Source: an uncultured virus (IMG/VR IMGVR_UViG_3300042691_048032)
Lineage: Duplodnaviria; Heunggongvirae; Uroviricota; Caudoviricetes
Strand: one strand, 5' to 3'
Virus record (IMG/VR): IMGVR_UViG_3300042691_048032
Length of the DNA: 64,000 nucleotides
The position numbers were made by a program, and so were the translations under genes. The first letter of the stretch is position 1. Every line of letters starts with the position of its first letter. Shown piece after piece: positions 53,072 to 61,311 of this stretch. The notes below the pieces were generated by a model. It was not told the origin of the DNA. It saw only the letters and a program-made list of their open reading frames with translations, and did no database searches.

Positions 53072-53844
53072 ACCACAACATCAACCCGTCCCTCGCAGAT
53101 CTTGCCCTGCCTGTCGAACTCCTCGAGCCGCTGCCCGGAAACCCGCGCATCGGTAACGTCGACGCGATCGCGGCGTCCTACAGGGAGTTCGGGCAGGTCA
53201 AGCCCATCGTCGTGAAGGAACAGCCCGGTGGCACCTATGTCGTCGTCGCCGGCAATCACCAGCTGCAGGCCGTCAAGAAACTCGGTTGGTCGCACATCGC
53301 CGCCGTGCAGATGGACGGCGATGACCAGCGCGCCGCCGCGTTCGCACTCGTGGACAACAGGGTTGCGGACCTCGGGCGCACCGACCCCGCCCTCCTCCAC
53401 GACATCCTCTCCAACGTGTTCGACGAGTTCCCGGAACTGTTCGAGCAGGTCGGATGGGACGAGTACGAGGTCGCCTCCATCGGGACAGACATCGAGGAGT
53501 TGTACAGCTCCGTCAACGGCAACGGCGCGGCCGGTGCCTACATCCCGCCCGTGCTCGTCGACCCCGTTCCCCAGATGACCGTCGAGACGAGGGACGACGG
53601 GTCCAAGCAGTACGCCGCCCCCTCAACCGTTGACCAGAAGGCCACCGCGGCCCAGGGTGCGGCCGCGGCTGGTGGGACGGGGGCCAAGCAGGCTGTGTTC
53701 TCGTTCAGCCTCGTGTTTGACGACAACGCGCAGATGAGCAGGTGGTGGGACTTCGTGAAGTGGCTGAGGGCCAACCCCGCCTACGACGGCGACACCATCG
53801 CCTCCAAGGTGATGTCGTTCATTGACGCACACAGCGAGGTCTGA
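53068..53844 (+). CDS. ParB N-terminal (ParB/Srx) domain protein
   Basis: NPR...IAASYREFGQVKPIVV...VVAGNHQLQA...LVDNR. Confidence 0.85.
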   Translation: MNHNINPSLADLALPVELLEPLPGNPRIGNVDAIAASYREFGQVKPIVVKEQPGGTYVVVAGNHQLQAVKKLGWSHIAAVQMDGDDQRAAAFALVDNRVADLGRTDPALLHDILSNVFDEFPELFEQVGWDEYEVASIGTDIEELYSSVNGNGAAGAYIPPVLVDPVPQMTVETRDDGSKQYAAPSTVDQKATAAQGAAAAGGTGAKQAVFSFSLVFDDNAQMSRWWDFVKWLRANPAYDGDTIASKVMSFIDAHSEV

Positions 53845-53845
53845 C

Positions 53846-54073
53846 ATGTGCGAGAGTTGCGAATACTGCGGTGGCGAGAGGCACGGCCCGACCGCCTGCC
53901 CTCTGGTGAAGAGCGTTGAGTTCTTCCCCGACGGGAGTGTCAAGAAGGTGGAGAAGTACGACCGCAACGTCATGCCTCGGTTCGGCACCACGACGTCCGT
54001 GTCGGGGTGGCCATCCAACCTGACGGTGCGGCTGCAGGACGGGTCGCCCAGCGACAAGGAAGAACCGCATTGA
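53846..54073 (+). CDS. small Cys-rich hypothetical
   Basis: CEYCG...CPLVKSVEFFPDGSVKKVE. Confidence 0.55.
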   Translation: MCESCEYCGGERHGPTACPLVKSVEFFPDGSVKKVEKYDRNVMPRFGTTTSVSGWPSNLTVRLQDGSPSDKEEPH

Positions 54074-54273
54074 CCGACTACTGGCGCAACAAACTTGTTG
54101 ACAGGTTCGGCCCGGAGGTCGTCGTCAAGTGCTGTCGCCTGCACAAGGGTCACTACAACGGTGGCAGGTGGGGTCTGTGCGGGGCGTGCGGGCGGAGGCC
54201 CGAGATCGTCCAGATGACGTGGGAGGAAGCCGACGCAGAGATTGCCGCGGCGAGGGGGGATGGCGATGTCTAG
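54070..54273 (+). CDS. small Cys-rich hypothetical
   Basis: AAGGA RBS, TTGA coupling; CC...CGAC. Confidence 0.5.
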   Translation: MTDYWRNKLVDRFGPEVVVKCCRLHKGHYNGGRWGLCGACGRRPEIVQMTWEEADAEIAAARGDGDV

Positions 54274-55411
54274 GCAGAGGATGTTCCTTGACATGTCGTG
54301 TGTTGACGCCGCGCGCGAGCGCATCAGGCACGTGTACGACACCTTTGACACCGTGTGCGTCCAGTTCTCCGGCGGAAAGGACTCGACCGCCGTCCTGTAC
54401 CTCGCCAAGGAAGTCCACGAGGAGCGCGGCCTCGGCCCGGTGAAGGTCATCTTCCGCGACGAGGAGATGGTCAGCCCTCTCGTCGTCGACTTCGTGGAGA
54501 GGGTTCGCAACTACGACTGGGTGGACATGGAGTGGTACTGCCTGCCGGTCGGGCAGGAGTGCTGGGTGCTGGGCAAGCGCGAGTACGTCCTGCTGTGGTC
54601 GGAGAAACGCAGGCTCGAGGGCAGACTCATCAGGCCCATGCCGCCGTGGGCGATCCACGCCGGGCACTTCGGGGCGACGGCGACGAAGCCGTTGCCCGAA
54701 CCGATCGACTACTACACGATGCAGGGGAAGAGGGGGCGCACAGCCTTCATCACGGGGGTCCGCGCCAACGAGTCAATGGTCAGGTTCCGCTCGGTGGTGA
54801 ACAAGCTCAACGAGAACTACATCACCCGCCCCTACAAGCTCCAGAAATCCATACCTCTCATGCTGGCGAAACCCATCTACGACTGGGTGGCTGCCGATGT
54901 CCTCAAGTTCCTGCAGGAGGAGCACGGTGCTGAGTGGTGCGAGTACTACGACGTCGCCGCGATGGTCGGGGGCGTGCAGAGGGTGGGCATCCCCCTCCAC
55001 TCCGTCGCCATACGCCGGCTGAGGGACTACACCGCCGCCGAGCCGTGGTGGTTCGACAGGCTGTACGACTGCTTCCCGCAGGTCGACGCGCAGTACAGGC
55101 TGTGGCCGGAGTTCGACGTCGACGCCTACATCAACGACTACGCGTCGGAGGGGTGGGACGGCGTGAAGAGGTGCATCGAGGAGAACATGCTCACCCCCGG
55201 CATCAGGAGGACGGCGATGGCGGCCGTGGCCGACTTCAGGAAGAAGCACATCAACGACCCCGTCTCCTACCCGATCTCGTGGCTCATCAGGACGCTCGTG
55301 ATGAACGAGTTCCACACGACGTCGGCGAGGCCCGTCGGCCCGAAGACCAAGGACTGGAAGAGAAAGATGGCGGCGGAGCAGGAGTACGCCGCGGAACACG
55401 AGGGTGAATGA
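54266..55411 (+). CDS. IbrA-like PAPS reductase family protein
   Basis: AARERI...FSGGKDS...FRDEE...GVRANES-x-x-R...PIYDW. Confidence 0.85.
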   Translation: MSRQRMFLDMSCVDAARERIRHVYDTFDTVCVQFSGGKDSTAVLYLAKEVHEERGLGPVKVIFRDEEMVSPLVVDFVERVRNYDWVDMEWYCLPVGQECWVLGKREYVLLWSEKRRLEGRLIRPMPPWAIHAGHFGATATKPLPEPIDYYTMQGKRGRTAFITGVRANESMVRFRSVVNKLNENYITRPYKLQKSIPLMLAKPIYDWVAADVLKFLQEEHGAEWCEYYDVAAMVGGVQRVGIPLHSVAIRRLRDYTAAEPWWFDRLYDCFPQVDAQYRLWPEFDVDAYINDYASEGWDGVKRCIEENMLTPGIRRTAMAAVADFRKKHINDPVSYPISWLIRTLVMNEFHTTSARPVGPKTKDWKRKMAAEQEYAAEHEGE

Positions 55412-55967
55412 CATGAACATTGAGACCGTGAACATCAACTCGCTGAGGCCAGCCCGCTGGGCGACCACCCACCTGCTGCGCCCCGACGAGAGACTCCTGA
55501 TCCAGTCGATGTCCGACTGGGGGTGGTTGCAACCGCTGGTCGTCCGGGCCGAGGACAGGACGATCATTGACGGGAACCTCAGGTGGGTCATCGCAAAGGA
55601 GGAGAGGCCGGTCTCGGCCAAGGTCGGCGAGGACGTCCCCGTCGTCTGGGTCTCCTGCGACGAGGTGGACGCGATGGTCCTCCATGTCCGGCTGAACAGG
55701 GCGAGGGGCATGCAGGTGGCCACCAAGCTCTCCTCGCTCCTGAAGTGGGTCGCCGCGTCCGGCAAGTACGACGCACGGGCGATCAAGAACATGCTGGTGA
55801 TGACGGGCGAGGAGTACGAGGTCCTGGCCGACGGGCAGTACCTCAAGCGCAAGTCCATCAAGGAGCACTCCTACTCAAGGGGCTGGGTCCCCGTCGAGGC
55901 CCCGAAGCCCGGGGTGGCCATCGCCGGCGAGATGCGCTTCGAGAGGCCGGCTAACAGGGACAACTGA
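55404..55967 (+). CDS. IbrB-like ParB-domain protein
   Basis: LLIQSM-x-x-WGWLQPLVV...IIDGNLR...RLNRARG...YSRGWVP. Confidence 0.8.
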   Translation: MNDMNIETVNINSLRPARWATTHLLRPDERLLIQSMSDWGWLQPLVVRAEDRTIIDGNLRWVIAKEERPVSAKVGEDVPVVWVSCDEVDAMVLHVRLNRARGMQVATKLSSLLKWVAASGKYDARAIKNMLVMTGEEYEVLADGQYLKRKSIKEHSYSRGWVPVEAPKPGVAIAGEMRFERPANRDN

Positions 55968-56028
55968 GCGGGCGGTCGCTTGTGTTACTGTGTCCTCGAC
56001 CACGCCGAGCCGACGGAGGAGCGCAGAA

Positions 56029-56409
56029 GTGCCTCAATCAAGAGTTGGAGCAGACACCGAGAGGGACATGATCATGGGCCCCGGCGTCCTGTATGACACG
56101 GGCGGCAGGGAGCCGAACGCGGTCGGCTTCGGCGCACCCGGCGAGAGCCTCCAGGCCCCGCCCGTCCCCGGGACGGGTGCCGGCAGGACGCTGGAGAACC
56201 CGCCCGGCGGGCCAGAACCGACACCGGCGCCGGCTGGCGGCGGCACGCCACGAGCCGCAGTCCCGCGCACCCCGACCGCCCCGAGGGGGACGGCGGCCCC
56301 GAGGACCTCCGGGACGAGGGCCCCGAGGAACAGCAACAGGTCCAGGAGGCAGGGCGGACTGCTTTCCCGCGCCCTGAGAGGTGTCGCCCGCAGGCTCCGC
56401 GGTCGCTGA
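56029..56409 (+). CDS. Pro/Arg-rich basic protein
   Basis: GGAGGAG RBS before GTG; Arg-rich amphipathic C-terminus. Confidence 0.6.
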   Translation: MPQSRVGADTERDMIMGPGVLYDTGGREPNAVGFGAPGESLQAPPVPGTGAGRTLENPPGGPEPTPAPAGGGTPRAAVPRTPTAPRGTAAPRTSGTRAPRNSNRSRRQGGLLSRALRGVARRLRGR

Positions 56410-56422
56410 TTAGGAGGCAGAA

Positions 56423-57046
56423 ATGCTCGTAACAGTGCGCGAGCTGGCCGCCTACATGGACCGGCAACTGACGAACAGGCAGCAGGACGCGGCCGAACTG
56501 GTGATTGCTGGCCTGCAGGCCGAGATCGAGGCGTACATCAACAGGCCGGTCGAGATCAGGGAGTTCACCGAAACGCACATCGTCCCCGAGGACACCCTGT
56601 ACATCAACACGGAGGCGTACTTCTACGACAGGGCGCTGGACACCACCAACGCCAACATCCGCGTCCTGATGCCCACATACACCATCCATCTGGCGAACGC
56701 CCCGATCACCTCGGTTTCCGAGGTCCTGCTCCACCCCTTCGGCTACCCCGCACCCAGCCCGGTGACCTTCAACGAGGGGCAGCAGTACCTGGTCAGAAAG
56801 TACGGCCTTGACCTCTACTCGGTGTGGGCCGGCGACATGATCGAGGTCACCTACGAGGCGGGTATCGCCGAGAACGCCTACATCAAGCAGATCCTCATCC
56901 GCGCCGCCTCCCGCGAGATGCAGAACATGACCGACGACGTCGTCGGCCTGAAGGACTTCCAGAACAGGGGCGCAACCGTCGCCGACATTGGTTTGATGCC
57001 GGGCGAGAAGGCCGGCCTCGACAGGTTCAGGCGGAAGAAGGTATGA
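56423..57046 (+). CDS. head-to-tail adaptor
   Basis: LVTVRELAAYM...IEAYINR...PITSVSEV...IEVTYEAG...LDRFRR. Confidence 0.75.
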   Translation: MLVTVRELAAYMDRQLTNRQQDAAELVIAGLQAEIEAYINRPVEIREFTETHIVPEDTLYINTEAYFYDRALDTTNANIRVLMPTYTIHLANAPITSVSEVLLHPFGYPAPSPVTFNEGQQYLVRKYGLDLYSVWAGDMIEVTYEAGIAENAYIKQILIRAASREMQNMTDDVVGLKDFQNRGATVADIGLMPGEKAGLDRFRRKKV

Positions 57047-57519
57047 GCACCGTCTCCATCAAGGTGACCGTCGACTACGACTCCATCACCGCCGCCCGCA
57101 AGAACATGGGTTCGTACAGGGCCCCCCTCCAGGAGGGCGTGAACTACCTGCGCACGGCCTTCCAACAGAACTTCGACTCGCAGGGAATGATGGTCGGCGG
57201 GTGGCAACCGCTGTCCCCGTTCACCAGCGCGTGGAGGGCGAGGAACGGTTACCCGCCGGTCGCCCCCATACTCGTGAACAACGGTTCGCTCAGGGCCGCC
57301 GTCCTCGCCGGGCGTGGCGACATCAGCGCCAAGGACGCCAGGCTGACGATCACCAACAGGGTGGCGAAGTTCCACCAGTACGGGAGCACCAAGACGAGAC
57401 TCCCCCAGCGTGAGATCGTGTTCGAGCCGCCCGGGTTCGCCCAGTTGATGGCGCGCCGCATAAGGGCGCACATCATGCCCAACACATTCACCGCCGACCT
57501 CAGGGCGTTGTTCCCATGA
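57043..57519 (+). CDS. virion morphogenesis (neck/tail completion) protein
   Basis: NFDSQG...WQPLSP...ILVNNGSLR...AKFHQYGS...LPQR. Confidence 0.8.
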   Translation: MSTVSIKVTVDYDSITAARKNMGSYRAPLQEGVNYLRTAFQQNFDSQGMMVGGWQPLSPFTSAWRARNGYPPVAPILVNNGSLRAAVLAGRGDISAKDARLTITNRVAKFHQYGSTKTRLPQREIVFEPPGFAQLMARRIRAHIMPNTFTADLRALFP

Positions 57520-58133
57520 TGTCTGGGCCGTGGTCCGCGAAGGAGTACGTCTCGTCGTACCTCCAGGAGGATCTGCCGAAACGCATCAACGGGTACAGGA
57601 ACCTGTGGCAACTCGACTCCGACAGGTTGCCCCTGCCCGAGAAGTACTTCTCGTACGAGCCGCCCGCCCTTGACTACTGGCCGATGCTGATCACGGTTGC
57701 TCTGGCGACCCCCTCGATGACCAGGATCGACTACACCGACGGCATGAACCCCGTGTACAGGGTTGCGTACAACATGCGGACGTACATCTGGGTGAGGCAG
57801 GATCACGCCGAACTCGCCACGGAGAGCAGGGACAGGCTGACCACCGTCGTCAGGTCGGCCCTGCTCGACAGGCAGTCGCTGGTCTCGGCGGACGACGAGG
57901 GGCACGACCTGCTCGTCGACGAGACCTCAATGAGGGAAGAGTTCTCCGACATCACGTATGTGAAGGGCGACAGGGCGGTTACGGGATCGTTCATCGCCTA
58001 CACCCTGTTGCTCAACGAAGCGATCACCCGCCCGAACCTGTTCACCCCGACGGCGACGCCGAGCAACCCGAACATCGGCACTAAGACGCAGACGATGGTC
58101 ACCTACGGGGTCCTTTCACCGGACGAGGCTTGA
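57516..58133 (+). CDS. putative tail terminator
   Basis: Position before the sheath gene; WPML-x-x-V and alternating beta strands. Confidence 0.55.
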   Translation: MMSGPWSAKEYVSSYLQEDLPKRINGYRNLWQLDSDRLPLPEKYFSYEPPALDYWPMLITVALATPSMTRIDYTDGMNPVYRVAYNMRTYIWVRQDHAELATESRDRLTTVVRSALLDRQSLVSADDEGHDLLVDETSMREEFSDITYVKGDRAVTGSFIAYTLLLNEAITRPNLFTPTATPSNPNIGTKTQTMVTYGVLSPDEA

Positions 58134-58151
58134 CTGGGTTAGGATTCCGGC

Positions 58152-58523
58152 GTGGCAAAGGTTCAGGTCTTCAACATGACGTACGGTCCTGTCGTCATCT
58201 CGTCCAACGGGGCGATCGTGAAGGCCCGTTCAACCGCGGAGGCAGACGACTCCGACCCCGCCTTGACAGCTGCTGTCAAGAAGGGTCGTGTGGTGATAAA
58301 GTCCGCGAGGCAAGAACCCAAGGCCGAAGAGCCGAAGGCGGAAGCGAAGCCGGAAGAACCGAAGCAAGAGGAAGCACAACCGTCCGAGGCGCCAGCGGAG
58401 GACGAGGAACAGGCTCCCCAGGCCGAGGAGGAGGCCGGCGAAACCGAGGGCGAACAGCCCGAGGAACCGGAAGAGAACAAGTCGAAGAGGCCAAGTAGGT
58501 CGAAAGTGGCGAAGGAGAACTGA
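58152..58523 (+). CDS. hypothetical protein with acidic tail
   Basis: TAGGAT -10 element, leaderless GTG; TGATG coupling to the sheath gene. Confidence 0.65.
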   Translation: MAKVQVFNMTYGPVVISSNGAIVKARSTAEADDSDPALTAAVKKGRVVIKSARQEPKAEEPKAEAKPEEPKQEEAQPSEAPAEDEEQAPQAEEEAGETEGEQPEEPEENKSKRPSRSKVAKEN

Positions 58524-60001
58524 TGCCCGGCGTAGTCGTCAACACAGGAGTGAGGGTCGGAGGCGTCGGCGTCGAGACCGCACCCAGCAGCACGTTCTTC
58601 GTGGTCGGGACCGCCAAGCGCGGCCGCACCTCCGCGCCCGTCGCCGTCCGCAGCATGCAGGACTTCGAGACCGAGTACGGCTCGTACGACGCGAACTGCA
58701 CCCTCCACCAGCACATCAGGACGTTCTTCGAGGAGGGCGGCATCCGCGCCGTCGTCCAGAGGGTCGTCGGCCCCGACGCGGAGAACGGAACGGTCAACCT
58801 CCAGGACGCCGATGCCGACACCTGCATCGTCCTCACGGCCGCAAACGCCGGAGCGTGGTCGTCCGACATCTCGGTTACGGTCCTCGCCGAGGCGGGCGCC
58901 TACTCCATCTCGGTCAGCCTCGACGGCGTCGAGATCCTGTTCGGTGGCGGTTTGACCACCCCCGCCGAGGCGATCACGCTGATCAACAACACGATCTCGC
59001 ACGTCCTGGTCGCCAGCGCCGGTGCGTCGAGCATCATCCCCGACAGCCAGACCGAGTCCCTCTCGGCCGGCGACGACGACATCGACAACGTGTTGTTCAC
59101 CAACGACAGCTTCGCCGCCGCCCTGGACAACTTCGGCGAGGACTACGGCACCGGTGCGGTGTCGATCCCCGAGAAGTACGGGACGACCATCTGGAACGCC
59201 CTGAGGAGCCACGCGGTCGAGTACAAGAGGATCGCCATCTGCGGTTTCGACCCGGAGGCGTCATCCACCTCGGCCATCTCCTCGGCATCGGCCTACGGCG
59301 GTGCAACCGCCGGGGCGAAGTCGCAGGGAAGCCACATGGCGTTCTACTGGCCCTCGGTCACCATCCCCGAGGACAACGGCGGCACCCTGAACATCTCCCC
59401 GGAGTCGTTCGTCGCCGCCGTCCGCGCCAGGAGCATCGTCGACAACGGTGGCCCGTGGAAGCCGGCCGCCGGCGTTGGATCCGCGGCGAGGTTCGCCGTC
59501 GGCCTGTCGAATGACGGTTCGGCCACCAAGGTGACGAAGTCCGTGGGCAACGCCCTGGACGCCGGAAGGGTCAACGCCATCAGGGTCATCGACGGCCAGA
59601 TCCGCATCTACGGAGCCCGCTCGGCGTCCGCCGACGAGACCAACTGGCGGTACATCACCTACCGCGACACGGTGAACCAAATCGCCACCAACTGCGAGAA
59701 CGCGCTCGAGCAGTTCGTGTTCAGCCCGATCGACAGCAGGAAGAACCTGTTCGGGGCCATCTCCTCGAACCTGGTCTCCATCCTCGAGGCCGTGAAGGAC
59801 CTCGGAGGCCTGTACCCGATGGTGGACGCCCTCGGTACGCAGGTCGACCGCGGCTACTCGGTCGAGGTGTCGGACGCGCTGAACCCGATCAACGATCTTG
59901 CCGAGGGCAGGATCGCCGCGAGGGTCGGCGTGCGAGTGGCCGGCGTCGCCGACCTGATCACCCTCACCATCACGAAGTCGAGCCTCACGGCCGCACTCTG
60001 A
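58523..60001 (+). CDS. tail sheath protein
   Basis: MPGVVV...FFEEGG...FYWP...GPWKPAAG...VNAIR...IYGARS...NWRYI. Confidence 0.92.
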   Translation: MPGVVVNTGVRVGGVGVETAPSSTFFVVGTAKRGRTSAPVAVRSMQDFETEYGSYDANCTLHQHIRTFFEEGGIRAVVQRVVGPDAENGTVNLQDADADTCIVLTAANAGAWSSDISVTVLAEAGAYSISVSLDGVEILFGGGLTTPAEAITLINNTISHVLVASAGASSIIPDSQTESLSAGDDDIDNVLFTNDSFAAALDNFGEDYGTGAVSIPEKYGTTIWNALRSHAVEYKRIAICGFDPEASSTSAISSASAYGGATAGAKSQGSHMAFYWPSVTIPEDNGGTLNISPESFVAAVRARSIVDNGGPWKPAAGVGSAARFAVGLSNDGSATKVTKSVGNALDAGRVNAIRVIDGQIRIYGARSASADETNWRYITYRDTVNQIATNCENALEQFVFSPIDSRKNLFGAISSNLVSILEAVKDLGGLYPMVDALGTQVDRGYSVEVSDALNPINDLAEGRIAARVGVRVAGVADLITLTITKSSLTAAL

Positions 60002-60020
60002 GCAGAAGGAACGAGAACAC

Positions 60021-60536
60021 ATGGCAAAGATCTCACAGCGCCAGGTACTGGCCAAGGTCATCCCACTGAGCGGCAAGGGGGGACAGGACCTCACGGCCAA
60101 CAACACGAAGTTCAGCTCGGCCACCCGCCCCTACTTCTCGCAGGTGTCTGGCGGAGAGATCCAGGCCTCGGTGGAGAAGGTGTACGACGGCGGATCGACC
60201 TTCCCGGAAGTGCTCCCGTCGGTCATCGAAGTGGGCGACGTCACCGTCACCCGCCACTACGACCCGTCCTCGGACGCACAAGTCATCTCGTACTACAGGG
60301 ACAAGGTCGGCAAGCAGTTCTTCAGGGTCGAGATCCTCACGCTCGACGCGGACGGCAACCAGACCGGCTACACCCGCAAGTACGAGGACTGCATCCTCGT
60401 GAACATCACCGAGCCCGACGGCGACGCCTCCTCGGGCGGCCCGGCGACATTCTCGCTGACGTTCTCGGTGAGCAAGTCGACCGACGTGGCCTACACCGGT
60501 ACGCCGAACCCGGGCGCCGCCACCGTCGTCGCCTGA
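60021..60536 (+). CDS. tail tube protein
   Basis: Follows the sheath gene; FSQVSGG...GDVTVTR...PDGDASS. Confidence 0.8.
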   Translation: MAKISQRQVLAKVIPLSGKGGQDLTANNTKFSSATRPYFSQVSGGEIQASVEKVYDGGSTFPEVLPSVIEVGDVTVTRHYDPSSDAQVISYYRDKVGKQFFRVEILTLDADGNQTGYTRKYEDCILVNITEPDGDASSGGPATFSLTFSVSKSTDVAYTGTPNPGAATVVA

Positions 60537-60601
60537 CCGAAACCGCGCACCCGGCGTGATAGTGTCCGTCGTGTCTTACCACGACACTACGGAGGCTACA
60601 C

Positions 60602-61093
60602 ATGGACAGCATCAACGATGACGAGATGTATTTGCCGTCGGCTTCGGCGGGCGAATCCACACTCGACAAGTTGCGAGCGGAACTGACGAAGCGCGTCAGG
60701 AGGCCCGAGATCTTCCTCGAGGTCCCCGAGCGGCCGAGCATCGCGGTCCGCTACTCGCCGAACATCACCCAGAACCAAGTCAGGGCCTGGCGCAGGAACT
60801 CGGGCGAGGACACCAAGAACGGGATGGACGCGACCAAGTTCGCCTGCTACGTCCTGGCCAACACCTGCACGGGCATCATGCTCGACGGGGAACTGGCCCG
60901 CAACGAGCGCGGCGAGGAACTCGTGTTCGGATCCGACGACATCATGAAGATGATGGACGCCGACCGCGTCCAGGACGCGATCCGTGCCATCTACGTCGTC
61001 GAGCCGCACATCGAGGCGACCGCCCTCGCCGTCATGGAGGCCTCCGGGTTCAACGACTCGGTGGAACAGGTGGACCCTACGAAGCAGCCCTAG
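60602..61093 (+). CDS. tail assembly chaperone
   Basis: Between tube and tape measure genes; ends VDPTKQP. Confidence 0.75.
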   Translation: MDSINDDEMYLPSASAGESTLDKLRAELTKRVRRPEIFLEVPERPSIAVRYSPNITQNQVRAWRRNSGEDTKNGMDATKFACYVLANTCTGIMLDGELARNERGEELVFGSDDIMKMMDADRVQDAIRAIYVVEPHIEATALAVMEASGFNDSVEQVDPTKQP

Positions 61094-61272
61094 ACTGGCT
61101 GCTCGAAGAACCACACATCATCTCCGCGGCCCGCATCGCCGAGATGTTCCACATCGACCCCATGACCGTTCTGGAGTCGGACGACGTCACATGGATGCTT
61201 CGCGTCGCTTGTGCTAGGGTGGTTGCGCGCGACCACGAAGAACAGGCGAACAAGATGAGGCAAGCGAACTGA
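61075..61272 (+). CDS. -1 frameshift extension of the tail assembly chaperone
   Basis: Open -1 frame PYEAALDWLLEEPHIISAARIAEMFHIDP...; no obvious dedicated start or RBS. Confidence 0.6.
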   Translation, partial: PYEAALDWLLEEPHIISAARIAEMFHIDPMTVLESDDVTWMLRVACARVVARDHEEQANKMRQAN

Positions 61273-61311
61273 CGGTCGCCGTCTTTGCGTAGGAGGTGAC
61301 CGATCTTGAGC

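Noticed and set aside
61088..61217. +1 frameshift at CCC TAG in the chaperone gene
   Set aside because: The +1 frame gives an Arg/His-rich non-protein-like sequence; the -1 frame has the coding bias.
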